From Oikopleura dioica (Eukaryota; Animalia; Chordata): a stretch of 64,000 bases of DNA. The translations under genes and the position numbers were made by a program. Shown here piece by piece: positions 47,328 to 60,985 of this stretch. The DNA is taken from contig OU015567.1 in assembly GCA_907165135.1 (NCBI GenBank), forward strand, positions 14,570,001 to 14,634,000. Reading direction: 5' to 3'. Below the pieces are notes generated by a model that did no database searches, was not told the origin of the DNA, and saw only the letters and a list, made by a program, of their open reading frames with translations. The number at the start of each line of letters is the position of its first letter. Within the stretch, counting starts at the first letter, position 1.

Positions 47328-50297
47328 ATGGAACGTAACAACGGACCAGTCGCAAACTGCGAAGTCAGAATCGGCGACTCGAACGCCTTCCCCTTCGCCA
47401 ACTCCAACAGAGCCCACAACATCGAAGTCTCCCAAGTCAAGATTCTCGAAGCCAACCAGGCCATCCAATTCGACTGGAGCGGAAACAACAACTACACTAG
47501 AGCATACAATGACGAGAACCAACAACAGGAGTCCCAAACAGTCCCCATCAGCGGTAAGTCAAGTCAAAATTCAAAGCTACCGTACCCTTTTCCGCCCTAA
47601 CACTTGTTCCCTTTGTGACCTCGGCGAGGTCACTCATTTCCCGCCCAAGAGACCCTCGTCAGAAGCACCTTGTCATCTTAGGCGAAATGCTTGAAATGCT
47701 AAAATAAGCTAAATCATCTAGCGCCATCGCTCAAAGATTCCGCGATGGAGGAAGTTAACTTGAATTGAAAATTGAATTCTTCATTTATTTCAAATTTTAT
47801 TTACTAGTTGCTGTTTCTGAACCAAACAGAGGAGAGCAAAATCGACACCGACAAAGCCCGCCCAACGGCTCTGACAGTTCCGACAGTGGCTCCCGCGAAG
47901 GTAAGTCCAGAACAAAACCGCTAGCTTTCGGAAAACACCTAAATTAAGAGGATTATTCTCCTCCGATTTTCCCCCGTCAGAGTTTTTTTCCCGGCGGAGA
48001 GTCCCCATAGAAGTCAGATTTTGTGCATCGCTGCGCATCAGGACATAAACAAAGTCCCAGCTCTGTTTTTCAGAAGGAAATTCGGGCCAAGTTGATTGAT
48101 AAGATTTTCGAGTTACGCTAGAATGCCCATCTAGGTTCACTAAGGGCCTGAGTTTTTTATGACCGACAAACAGAACAACAAACTTCAGCTGATGTAAATA
48201 AACAACTCGGAATAGTCCATCGGAATATCAGCTATTTTTGGACCTTCTTCAAAATATTTTTTTCGTAAAGAAAATTAATATTTTTCAAGTTCAAGTTTTA
48301 AATCGGTGGCAGTCCCTCATCTTTACGTCGTTTTTTTATTATTTAGCCGGTGAATAATGCACCCTTTTCTTCAATTCTAATGTCTCTCTCTATCAAAAAG
48401 CTGCATGAATTTGCACAGACCGCCTTTCATCTCGCCCTTTTTGATGAATCTTCAAATTCAATAAAAGTTTTTATCCTCTTCTCGCGGCCCAGTTTAACAA
48501 TTTTTTATACTTTCATTTTTCACTTTTTGAAATTTTTTTCTTCAATTTTAAGCTTTTGAAATTTAGAGAAATGTAATTTTAACCTTCTTAGATTCTCTTT
48601 TTTCTAATCTTTTATTTAAGGAAATGGTGGTGTTAACCAACTCGGTGGAATGTACGTAAACGGTCGACCACTTCCGGACCCCGTTCGGCAACAAATCGTT
48701 GATATGGCCCAGCGGGGGGTCCGTCCATGCGATATCGCAAGACAACTCAGAGTCAGCCACGGATGCGTCTCCAAGATTCTCGCCAGGTAAGAACTCCCTG
48801 TTTTGTCCAGCGTAATGACTGTAATTCTGCTGGTAATCGTACATAACAATCGCTAATTAGTAATTGCGCTAACTAGGCTAATTCTGAGGCTCATTCAAAA
48901 CCTTTTCTTCCTGGCTCGAGTCAATACTAAGTGCGAAAGTTTCCACGCGCAATGTCAGCCATTGTTATTGCTTTATGGAACCTAGTCCCCTTTGTCTCTT
49001 TTCTAAAGTCCTCATTTTCAGATTTTACGAAACTGGCAGCATCCGGCCGGGCGTAATTGGCGGCTCCAAGCCCAAAGTAGCCACCCCTCACGTCGTCAAC
49101 AAAATCTGCGAGTACAAGCGAGCAAACCCGACAATGTTCGCCTGGGAAATTCGCGACAGGCTCCTTTCAGAAAACATCTGCAGCCAGGAAAATGTCCCAA
49201 GCGTGAGCTCGATCAACAGAATCGTGCGAAACAAGGCGGCTGAGAAGACAAAGATGATGAGTCAGATGCAAACGAGTATTCCTGCCTATCCAAATGGAAT
49301 CCAGATCCCAACTCATCCCGACATCGCTTCTATCCATTTGATCAGCCCGCACCATCTCCAGCATCCTCAGATTTCAATCCAACAGAACTTCCATGTTCAG
49401 CCTGCTCCGATCACGAGTGTTCCAAGCAGAACTCATCACCAGCAAAAGGTAAAACAATCTGCCAATAGTCTGGCATGTCTTCCATGTCTTCTCTATCAAA
49501 TCTAACGTTTCTCTTTAGCAAGTTCACCAAGAACAGCCCAACTACGTCCAAGTGTGCGATTTGGCCGAGCTTGGCGACATGGCTGAGCTTGCCAACTCGC
49601 CGAACTCCCTCAGTCCCACCTCCGTGGACCACTTCGCCCAAACCGCCCAGCAGCAACAAGCCAACAATATCGACGCTCAAAAGTGGAGCAAAACTCCAGA
49701 CAACCTCAGTCCACCCGTCACTTTTGTCGCCAAGGCTGAAACCGAGAGCTCACGCGACCACAATGATGTCAACGCTACTCCTCTTCAACTTGAGAGTCAG
49801 CCTCATCATCAGCAAAACGGACAACAGAACGAGTCTCCTATTCGCGATCAGACTGAGCAATTTATCATGACTCTCGAGACGAAACCAGAGTCTGAGATCG
49901 CCGATGACGGAGCTATCACAGTCCATATACCTCCACCAAATGGTGAAGCATCCCCGCCACAGTACACTATCGGTAAAAAATCGAATAAAGCATCAAAGAT
50001 ATTAACTTTTACTTTTCAGATTTGTCTACTCCCAACAATTACTTCGCGCAAACTAGTCTTGGCTCCGTCATTCCTCAACTCATGACATGGAACACTGAGC
50101 AAGGTAGCTATTTTTAACAAAATAACGAAAAAATAATCGATCTTTTCTTTCAGAAAACGACTATGGCACCAGCTACTTTGACTACAGATTCAACCATGTC
50201 CAGCCTAAATTGGAGCGTATGACTTTACCAAGGTAAGAATCCTCAAAAAAAAGCAATAAACTAATACTTTGTTTTCAGTGAAGCTGGCCAAATTTAA
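47328..50297 (+). CDS. Pax2/5/8: Pax2/5/8 paired-box transcription factor, multi-exon
   Basis: [18 protein letters not shown]...[12 protein letters not shown]|[22 protein letters not shown]...[14 protein letters not shown]. Upstream exons 47328-47553 and 47808-47900 splice in frame to the paired box at 48621. Confidence 0.92.
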
Positions 50298-50516
50298 CTC
50301 ATCGTGAGTCTAACTGTATTTAATTTATCCCCGTGGAGAAAATTCATTCAACTTCCTTCGCAACTTCTACTCAGCTCAAACGCTCACTTCTGTAAATACG
50401 AAAGCCTACTAGCCTGCAAAAACATCAAAAAAAGTATCAATTCTATTTTTTACTCGCTGTACAACGAATTTGAAATAATTTAAATAAAAAATCTTCTAAA
50501 AAGAAAAAGCGCTGTA

Positions 50517-50652
50517 CAGTAAAAACCGCTGGTTTGGGACACCTAAAAATCCTTCTGGTTTGGGACAGTCGGGCGAATTAACGATCAAAGGCACTTTCTA
50601 GTTTGGGACACGTGGGTGGACTAGGGGTGTCCCAGACCAGCGGTTTTTATTG
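50517..50652. mobile_element. Tc1/mariner-type MITE
   Basis: 27-bp TIR cagtaaaaaccgctggtttgggacacc (2 mismatches) flanked by TA on both sides. Internal gtttgggaca occurs 3 times. Confidence 0.85.
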
Positions 50653-50797
50653 TATTTTACGAAAATATGAAAGTATATCTTGAATGTGAGAAGTTCACTC
50701 AGCCGTAAAGCGACAAAGATATAATTTATGATAGACGAATATAAAATTGAGTTTCTTACTGAAGTTTTACTTTATTACCCGCTTCTTACTCAGAAAG

Positions 50798-50979
50798 CTA
50801 GGCTCGGCAACCTGCGTAGAAAACCTGAGTCAGATTTTGAAGAGCTAAAATGAAAAGCCGCGCAGCGGCTATTTTTAAAAACGAAGCCGCAAAGCGGCTT
50901 CGCAAATATTTACATTAATCTATCAAAAATTCTGGCGAATACCCTGACTCAGGTTTTCAACACAGGTTGCCGTGCCCAT
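50798..50979. mobile_element. MITE family A copy
   Basis: ggctcggcaacctgcgtagaaaacctgagtcag...ctgactcaggttttcaacacaggttgccgtgccc. Confidence 0.88.
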
Positions 50980-52115
50980 TCAGAAAGATATTAAATAGGC
51001 TTAACTTTACCCACTATTGAGCATTAACTTATTGACCCTTTTTGCAGCAGAAGCATTAATAATGTAGCATCGGGACATGGCGATTTAAGCTGCTTAGATC
51101 TCATTAACTCGCCTTTTAAAAGTTTAATGTCCATCAAAATCGACCTTGTTCTACTTTCCATGTCTCAGGCAGTGATGACTGTTGCTTCGTACTGCATGCT
51201 CGCATCCGATTAATTAGCAGCAGAGAAGAGGGATTAATATTTGACCGTGCTGTCAATAATTCGAAAGCGTATTCAAAATTTATGGAGCCGAACTTGTCAC
51301 ACACTCGCTGACCGGCCCCCTTCTTTCTGTGCTCTGCAGATAGAGCCATCCAACCAAGAGAGTCAAGAATTCATCGAAGATGTTCGCAGCTGGTTTGATG
51401 TCTAACCGAGTGACGAAACGCTCGGGCGAGAAAAAAAGGTTTGATTTTCAGGACTTTCAATCGGACAAACGGTTTCCTATCGAGGTTCTTTCAACCTGCA
51501 TTAGATTCATTCCATGATATTGAACATATTTATCGATGCGATAATATTTAGCTCGTTACGCGGGCAACTGTCTTCTCTCAAGAGAGTCTTCGTGTTCATA
51601 TAGAGCAGCTATTATTATTGAAATCGAGATTCGAAATTGAAAAAATATTTTTCTCAGAGAGATGGTATTTGTAGCTACAAGAAAGGGTCTCTTTCAAATA
51701 CACAGTCGAGTCTGATTCAGTGGTAATTACCTTATTCCATACTAAAATTTCTAGCATAATGAGGCTTATGTACCGGCTTATGTAAACTAAAAGAATATTA
51801 TTTCCCGAATTCCCTAATGACGAGCAATTAAAAGATAATATTCATGAGAACCCTGAATCAAGATATAGGAGGCTTAGTAGAGATGCGAAAGTTATCGAAG
51901 ATGAAATTAAAAAAGAGAGGTTTCGACTAGCAAATCTTTTAAAAAAATTATTTCAAAAAATCTTCTAAAAAAGACTTTCAGAAAACAGACTGGAGACATT
52001 CGGAGCAATTTCTATCTCTTTGTGAAAAAAGGAAATGTGGATCTAAAATGCGTGTCTACGATATTCGTCATTTTAGGTAAACTACCTGCGGTTCAATTAG
52101 TGCAGTTCGTTAGGG

Positions 52116-52643
52116 TTGATCATCGTTTGCCTGGGCACATGGACAACATGGTTCAACGGATTCGCTAAATCGCCGTATTCAACTCGCGCTGGACCTATCT
52201 TCATGGGCACGGGCTTTTTTGTCCTTCTTTGCGGATTGGCGAACTTGCTCGAAGCGAGAGATGGAAGAAATAGGCACTTCATCGTTGGCGATTGCTACAT
52301 GAACGCTATTTACAACAAAGACAGGCCGAATGGGGGCGGTTTCTTGAAAATGCTGCCGTTTGTTCTGACGACGCAGCAGTCGGCATTGGACCAAGTTGAT
52401 CACGACCACTTGATTAGAGAAAAGATTTATATGGACAGCCCAAAGGAATCAATGAAGACTAAGAAGGCCAAGTCAGGTTGGATTAACCTAGTCACATCAG
52501 ATTTCGGTCGATTAGCAGTAAAAAAAACTGAGAATACTTTAGACCACCACAAAACGATAGAATGGGCGGATAAGCACTGCCAAAAATGCATGGAGCAGAG
52601 TAAATACGCCGAAGAAAAAGGTTTGCGGAATTTTCCTCTATGA
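52116..52643 (+). CDS. Small two-TM membrane protein of unknown family; first exon probably near 52030-52078
   Basis: Hydrophobic LIIVCLGTWTTWF and AGPIFMGTGFFVLLCGLANLL, followed by a polar tail. Confidence 0.5.
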   Translation: MIIVCLGTWTTWFNGFAKSPYSTRAGPIFMGTGFFVLLCGLANLLEARDGRNRHFIVGDCYMNAIYNKDRPNGGGFLKMLPFVLTTQQSALDQVDHDHLIREKIYMDSPKESMKTKKAKSGWINLVTSDFGRLAVKKTENTLDHHKTIEWADKHCQKCMEQSKYAEEKGLRNFPL

Positions 52644-52979
52644 TTTCACTGTTTTTAGGAAATGCGGGTATCTTACGATTGCGAACACTCGATAAAGACG
52701 AACCTAATTCTCCTGCTTCTGTTAAAGATTTTACTATTAGCACGACAATTGAATAAATAAGCTTGTTATCTTACTATTATTAGGCTCAATTAATGAACTC
52801 TCGGTAAAAAATGTCGGTTAGCGATCGTAATCGGGCGCCAGACAGATTTTTTTCAGCATTTGAAAAATAACCGGTTTTGCGCCATCTTCGAGCATAAAAA
52901 CCGACCGTCAACAACACTTTTTCCCAGTCCAAAAAGAGCAATAGCGCGAGTTAAAGCCTTTTGAATTTAAAAAATTGAG

Positions 52980-54197
52980 ATGAGCAAAGCAAAGTCACCG
53001 ACTCAGGTAAGGAAGTTTAAGTTGAAGAAGAGATGAGGCTTGAGTTCTTGAGAAAAAGGTTGATAAGCTAGCATTTAGGATCTGAGCAATTATAAGCGTT
53101 GCGAGAAAGTAGGCGAGGGTACGTACGGAATCGTCTACAAGGCAAAGTACAAGCCCACTGACGAGTTCGTCGCGCTGAAAAAGATCCGTCTCGAGGGGGA
53201 GGAAGACGGCATTCCGCCAACGAGTCTGCGCGAGATTTGCGCGCTCAAGGAACTCGCCCATCCCAACATCGTCAAGCTGGTCGACGTGATCCTCGAGAAG
53301 ACGAGAGTCTACCTGGTGTTTGAATTCCTCTACATGGACTTGAAAAAATACATTGACAACCAGAAAGAGGAAAGCAGCCGGATAGACAAGTCGCTCACGA
53401 TGAGCTACTCCTACCAGCTATGTCAGGTACTAAAGATCCACTTTAGAAGCATTCTTACTCAATTTTCTTCAAGGCTCTTGAGTTCTGCCATGCGCGGAGA
53501 ATAGTCCACCGGGACCTCAAGCCTCAGAACCTGCTGATCGACAAGCAAGGGCTGATCAAAATCGCCGATTTCGGGCTGGCGCGCGCATACAAAATCCCGT
53601 TGCGCCAGTTGACCCACGAAGTTGTGACGATGTGGTACCGCGCGCCAGAGATTCTGCTTGGAAAGGAGGTCTACTCCACTCCGGTGGATTGCTGGTCCTT
53701 GGGAGCTATCATCGGTGAAATGCTAACGAACGTTGCCGTGTTCCCGGGCGACTCTGAAATCGACCAGCTTTTCAAGATATTCAGAGTTCTCGGGACACCG
53801 AATGAGTCCATCTGGCCGGGAGTCACTGATCTTCAAGGTGAATACTAAAATAATGAGAATTATTTAATGTTCATTTTCAGAATTCAACTTGAACTTCCCG
53901 ATCTTCCCGAAAGGCGAAATTCCGAATCCAGATCGCTTCGACTTGCCCTCCAAAGCATTAGATCTGGTGCTGAAGATGCTCGTCTACGACCCAAAGAAAC
54001 GGTTGACTGCGACTGGCGCACTCCGTCATCCCTTCTTTGAAAAGTAATCAGTTCAATAATTCTGATTCGAGTTCAGATAATATTTCAGGCTGGACAAGAC
54101 GATCTTCCCTGGATATCATTGTCCAGCAGTTCCTCCTTTTGACGAAAAGGCTTCGAAGGCAAATGCTATCAGAGGTCTTGAAATCGTCAAATCATGA
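52980..54197 (+). CDS. CDK1: CDK1-family kinase paralog with PPTSLRE in place of PSTAIRE
   Basis: [54 protein letters not shown] and [12 protein letters not shown]. Short GT-AG introns. Confidence 0.93.
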
Positions 54198-54462
54198 AGA
54201 ACCAACATCACCAATTTCATCATCATCACGAATACCACACTACAAATCTCTTCATCTCCACACTTCTTAAATTCTGTAAATAATAACTCAATTTTCCACT
54301 GCTCACAATTTCATAACAACAATACACAACAAGATTCATTCAAATACTTTTGTATCTTTTTAATTAGATTTGAAAGATATCAACACGGCTTCGCGGAACA
54401 ACCGGTCTTATCTATTTTAAAAGTCTACCGAACCCGGTACCCGGCTTTCCTTAGAGGCCTTT

Positions 54463-54491
54463 CAGACCCTGACACAGCTTGCCGAGCCCAG
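54463..54491. mobile_element. MITE family A, right-end fragment
   Basis: cagaccctgacacagcttgccgagcccag. Confidence 0.55.
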
Positions 54492-54875
54492 CAGGCGGAG
54501 TTGTTGTTGTGAAGCTTGGGTAGCGCTCCCGGTTCGAGCCGAGTGGTCGGTGCTGGCTCGGGAGACTCTCCGACGTTGGTCGGCACGGGCATGATGAAAA
54601 AAGCGTAGTCACGAACCCGTGCCACCCACTGACGAATCAGATGTCAATCACGGACACCTTTGCCTTCGAGATTTGATTTTCTCCACTTCGAGAATTGCCG
54701 TACTCACTGCAGAGAATTTCAAGATTTTCTCCTGAAGCGAAAATAAAGAGAAACATTTGAAAACTCCTTCTGAAAACTGCCTCTCTTCGAACAGTTACTG
54801 TTTGATACAGTCTTTTTCTTTTTGTAAAAATTTTCAAGAAGGATAATTTTTCAGATAAATAAGGACTCGGACACC

Positions 54876-57800
54876 ATGGCGGAAAAGCAACCTCCTCGTG
54901 GGCGAGGTCGAGGCCGTCGAGGGCCGACAACTCAAATCCCTCAACCTCCAGCAGCGGAAAGCACCTCCTCTGACGAAGGAATCTCATCTCAGCCGGCCCC
55001 ACAGCAGAGGCCTGCCGCTACTTCAACCTCAAGCTCGAGCGGTCCTCCGAGAGCTGGACGCGCTTCATCACGTGGTCCTGGACGTATCGCCGGCCGCGGT
55101 GCGTCACGTGGACGAGGACGAACCGCTGCTATGGCAAAGAGTGCCACAGAAACCAAAAAGGAAGCTGAGGACTCTACATATGCCGCTTCCAGCGGTTCTC
55201 AGCTGATTCCTCAGACCAACACGAAATCTTCCACCTCTGACGAACAGGTTCCTCACGCTCAAGGAATGACCCCTCAAGACCACCATGTCTATCTCGCCCG
55301 CCGCCCAGGTTATGGAGTGAACTCTGTAGCGAAGCTCGACGTCGCCTGCAATTTTTACAAGTGCAAGGGATCACCGTAAGTCCTGAAATTGACTAACTCG
55401 TCTGTTATCTCCCTTTAGACCCAAGAAAATCTACCTCTATCGGCTCCGTTCTGAACTCACTGAGGAGCGTGACGGAGCAAGAGCTCCAATTTTGGACTAC
55501 GAACGAGCTATGGAGTTCTTCGGGATATTCGAAAAGGTGTTCTTCGATCAAAGTTCCAGCTCTTCTTCTGACTCTCTTGAATCCACCTCTACTGACGAAG
55601 TGCGCCCAAGCACTGGACCTGTGGCCTATTACGATGGCAAGACGCTCTTCTACTCAAATGTAGACAATTTAGCACAGATTCAGGTACAATATAGAAATCG
55701 TATTCGTCCACAAGTTAAAATGTAATTTAAGGAAAGCATTGATTACGACGTCGACTATCCCAGTTGCCGATCGATCCGGGATAAAGAAAAACCATTTCCA
55801 GTTACCGTCACCAAACTGAAGGTGCTTTCCGATATTGTCGAAATCTTCCGACAACGACAAGGGCAGCAAATGGACCCGATCCTTTTGCAGTACTTTGAGG
55901 TGCTTTTGAAGCATTCGCTTTACCGAAAGGTAAGAGTAGTTTGACTTTTCTCTTCCTTGATTTCATTTCTAGCACTACACCCGAGTCGGCACATCATTTT
56001 ACATGCTCAACCAAAACATCCGACCGCTCAACTGCGTAATTCCTGCGAAAGAAGTCTTCACAGGTTTTCACCTTCAGATGAAGCACATCTCTTCTGGCTT
56101 GGCGATCCAAGTGAAGGACAAGTGCGGCGTCTTCTACAAAAGCATGCCGCTTCATCAGTTCCTCGTGAGTGCCACACTATGAGCTTATGAAAATTAAGAA
56201 ACTTTTTCAGTGCGATTATTGGAACAGCGAGGATCCACTCTACCCTGAGTTCTGGAGGAACTCCTACAATCTGGTCGAGTCCAACAAGATCGTCAGGAAA
56301 TTGAAGGTCAACATTGTCTCCAAGACCGGCTCCAATGGCAGAACCAAGGTCATCAAGGAATTGACCGATCAAAGTGCAGCGAACCTCTGCTTTGAAGATC
56401 AAAATGGCCGAAAGATGAATGTGGCAGATTACTTCATGAAGAAAGGGGAGGTTCTCAACCACCCCCAACTTCCATGTGTTTCCACGGGCAACAAGCACTA
56501 CCCTGAGTATTACCCGATGGAATGCTGCCACGTGGTTGCAAGACAACCAGTGAAAGGTTGGTTAAATGAATTGATTTCTTTTTTATATCTTTTCCGAGAA
56601 AATATTTCAATTAACAAATTCTTTAGGACTCTTGGATCCAAACGCCATCTCGGCATTGATCCGCGTTGCTGCCAAGCCTGCTCCTGAGACCTTCAACGCA
56701 ATCAAACAGAACATGCATACGGCGATGCAGGCAATTGGAGAAGATATGCAGAATATCGACATGAGCGTCGACAAAAGCATGGTCAAAACGCCTGCACGAG
56801 TTCTTCAAGCTCCAGACATGCACTATGGCAATGGGAAGCAACATCCAAATAATGGAACGTGGCACCCTAGAAGTTTCATCACTCCGAAGAAGATCGACAA
56901 TTGGGGCGCCTGCATTATCTCCCGCCGCGGTCATCGAGGAGGGCAGGACACCGTTCGTAGAGCCATCGATGTTCTCTATAACGCTGGACAAAAACTCGGC
57001 ATGGAAGTGAACTTCCTCGCCGATCGGTCTATGCCGTACGAACTCCAGCCTCATCAATTGGACGAGTTCTTGAAGCACTGCTCTGATAGCAAGTACGAGC
57101 TAGTCCTTGTTGTTCTCGACGGCAAGAACACGGAAGAATACGCTCAAGCGAAATTCCTCGCCGAGCGAAAATACCCTGGTCTTCTGACGCAGTGTGCACA
57201 AATGAAGACCCTTCAGCGCATCAATGAGCAAAGCGCGACGATGATCCTTATGAAGATCAACGCGAAGCTCAACGGTCAGAACGCTGAATGCGATTTGACG
57301 CTGGCGAATCCGACGGGCGGTGTTTTGTTTACCCACGACCACCCGGTCCTTGTTCAAGGTAAACTTTTTTCTTTCTTTGCAGTCGAAATAATCTTGTTCT
57401 CAGGTCTCGAAATGAGCGTCCTCCCTGGCCAGGAATCTTTGGTCGGTATGGCTTCTTCTTACGACCAGAACGCATCGATGTACACGATGCAATCTCGAAT
57501 GACGAGCAGCAACGCTCACTGTCTTGAATTGTTCGATATGCAAGTACAGAGCATCAAGACCTACTACAAGATGACCGGCAGGAAGCCCAAGTCGATCATC
57601 TTCTTTCGCCCGGGTGTGAACGAACACCAAATCAGCTCGACCGCCGGTTATGAGTGCACCAAGATTCGAGAAGCTTGCGAAACTCTCGAAGATAACTACC
57701 GGTACGTTCATTTTCTTTTATTTCAGTATCCTATTCTATGTTAGGCCGAAGATCACCTACATCATGGCCACCAAGATGCACGCGACCCGATTCTGCGCAA

Positions 57801-58337
57801 TGGACAAGATGTACCAGATCGGCAAGTCCCAAAATGTGCCTGCTGGTACTATCGTTGACACCGACATTGTCGATGTTGAGAAGTGGGACTTCTACTTGAC
57901 ATCGAGCCAGGGAATTCAAGGTTATTTCAATTACTTCATCTACTGATTAATAAAAAATATAGGAACATCGATCCCAACAAAATACACGATCTGCGTTGAT
58001 GACAACAAGCTCACCGCAGATTCAGCAGAGGCGCTTTGCTATTATCTCTGCCACGGGTTCGTCCGATGCAACCGTGCGATTTCCATGCCAAACTGCATGA
58101 AATACGCCAAGCTCGCCGCCGACCGTGGTCGAAACCACTTGAAGGGCGCTGCCTACGCCATCGAGCGGGTATGATTTTCCTCAATGATTACTGATTCAAT
58201 TACAAAACATTTAGGACGTCCTTAACGAGGCGAAGAAAGATGAGATTCTGAATCTCAAATATGTCGTCGATTGCAGCGGTGAAGCTCAGGCGGCAAGAGT
58301 CGTCAATCCTCTGTACAGGCGAATGTTCTTTACATAA
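54876..58337 (+). CDS. AGO: Divergent AGO-clade Argonaute lacking slicer residues, multi-exon
   Basis: RG-rich N-terminus, PAZ (VADYF...LPCV...YYPMECC), MID (YAQAK, TQCAQMK, KINAKLNG) and PIWI (NVPAGTIVDTDI, SQGIQGTSIP, LCHGFVRC). Confidence 0.93.
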
Positions 58338-59599
58338 AGAACAAGCTTTCTCCTCCCTGCCTGATTTCGTGCTGCCTTTTGGAAGAAGACTTCTTCTGAA
58401 TCCGCCCTGATTTTAATACCCCTCCCTCGTGAAAAAGTTCCCCTCCAAAAGTTCAGACCTGAAAAATAAACTTACTTGTGACCATGAACAAAGTTTCGTA
58501 TGATTTTTGCAGACTTACCAACTTTATCAACCTAAAACTTGACGAAGAAATGGCTCAAAGACACAGGTTATCATCACGCTTTTTCAGTAGTTAAGAACGC
58601 GTGTGCTTCTCATAATCCCTTTTAGAATATGGCTTATCTCTGTGAAAACTGGACGACTCTTTAGATAAGACAGTCGCTTCCATTATGCGCGAGAGGAAAT
58701 CTGGCATCGTGACTCGTCGGCCAAGTACCTCCTATTATGTAAGAGGCGCAAGCCACAGCGACCGAAAACACTTGAAATTATTATTTAGCGCATATTGACA
58801 GTTGTCATTCGGGTTGCTTTTGTTTTTTCTGCTTTTTTACAGGAAAAAATTTCAAATATCGATCTGATCAACTATTATTCGCAGGAGTCTTATACAATTT
58901 CCGATACGAATTTACAATGTCAATCTTTTAGAATCTCCAAAAAGGATCCTCCAAAAAAGCCTATCGCGATGTCAATCAATTTTGAACATGTAGAATTTTT
59001 TGAAAATTTTCACGAGGATGCCTTGATATTACGCCTCGGAAGTATTTATCGCTCAGTTGCGGTCGACAGTGGGGATATTTCTCGACCACTCTGGCGTGTG
59101 TTTAATCTTTCAATTAGCGACTTGTAGCGGACGTGTTTAGAGGTGGATATCATCTCCTGTGCCAAAGTGTCGACTTATCTACCAGTGTTGGAAAAATGTT
59201 ATCGGCCAATCATCTTGGTGGCACCGTTTAGAACATCAAAAGACGCCGGATTGACAAAACTCGACCATCAAAAACCTCTAGAAAGGGCCCTTGCAACGTT
59301 CGGTAAATAAGGGAAGTTTCCTTGCATCTGAAAATAAGGCAACTGGTCTTGCTTTCAAGCTCAGATTCATTTGATTTCGAGCATTTTTTTACCTTTGACT
59401 CAAAGAGTTAGGGCTAGGGTTATGGTTCAAAGGCTTTGGGTTTTAATTTTAATCAATCGACGAAGTATATTTTTAGTATCCAAATGTCGGAAATATTTCC
59501 GCCAAAAGCAGCGAAGCTTTTTACACCATCCCTCGGAAAGCAAAGGGCTACGACGCTGAGGAATGAGGATGAGTCTTGGGAAGCGCGCGGCTCACTCGT

Positions 59600-60897
59600 C
59601 TCAAGAGCTGCTCAAATCATGTGGAAACAACAGGGGCGCATGGGGGTAAAAGCATAATGCTCCGAACTCCATCCGCCAGAGGGCGCTCGAAAAAAGAGGT
59701 GGAAGAGCGGAAAAGACGCTGAAGAGCGCTCTTTGCAAGGAGCCGGAGGAGAGTGCGCTGAGGAGCGCCGAGGGAGAACCTCCGGAGAGTACACACCGGG
59801 TGAGCAAGTACGGAAGGGAGCGCGAAGCCAACTCATCCCAGCGTGAAGTGTGTCAATCTCTGTTCAAACACCGCTATCATTTCTGATCGCGTAGTACCCC
59901 CTGAATGAGCTTAATTTCGCTAAACTGATTTTTCACGCTCTTTTTTTTGAAATTATTTATATGCTAAAACATCTTTTTTAGAGTGAAATTAGTGCGCTGA
60001 ATCTAAATAAAGGGTCAAAAACACTAAATTTTGATGATAAATTTAAAAAACATAACTCTCAGGCTCAGGGTGGCACAACTTGTCGAATTTAAGTTTGATA
60101 ATTAAAGTTTAATTATTAAACCTTTCATTTAAAATTTATTGAATAGGGGCATGAGATTTTGGGTCTCATTTTTAAGGGGTTCACCAATCTAGGAACACTT
60201 ATCATCGATCACAAAATGAAGGAAATTGAATTATGTTCGGTTAAAAATTTGGCTTTCACTTCTAAAAATCTCCTTGACTTCAGCGGGAAGGGCCTTTGCT
60301 CCTATTTTATACGCTTGTTTTCCTCATGAATTTTTAATTTCCAATTGGAATTGGATTGGAAAATATGAGGAATTTCTTTGACCCGGCGTCTTCGGGAATA
60401 AGGTCAACGTTTTCTTTCAATTCCGTAAAATCCATTTTCTGCTCGAAAAGAGCTTTCTTCTGATATATATATGCCCAAAGAAACAACGCCATCATTCTTA
60501 CTCGCCTCTAGAATTGATAATAAAGTTGATACTGGCATGGGTAGAACAAAAATATCCCCTCCGCCCCTGCTATGCTCACTCCCAGGTGTTACGTTCGAGT
60601 AGCGTATTGAGGGCTTATCGCCAACTCATCAGCTCTCCCTGGACTCGCAATGTTCGGAGGATTCAGAGTCCTCCGCGCACCTTGCGCCCTCATGCGAGAA
60701 GAGTTCGGAGCATTGTGCTCGACATCCGGCGCATGGCATGTTTGAAATTTATATTTGGACTCGACACGCGTCAGAAGTGATTGATTTTCCCACTTATGGG
60801 GAATTTTTGGGGATGAGAATGAGCCCTTTGTAGATTTTACTCTCAAGGTCGGGATTGATTGAGTGTTTCGTTTTAGCGCTATTTTCTTGGGGTCCAT
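59600..60897 (-). CDS. Possible multi-exon gene of unknown function
   Basis: ORF 60897-60589 (MDPKKIALKRNTQS...) and further coding-like blocks, but no recognisable domain and no firm exon joins. Confidence 0.25.
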
Positions 60898-60985
60898 CTT
60901 GGAAGATCTTCTATTGAGTCCGTGATTTTATCCGAGTGACAGATATTAGCTTTTAGAGGGTTGAACTATTTCTTCAGTCATCGTT

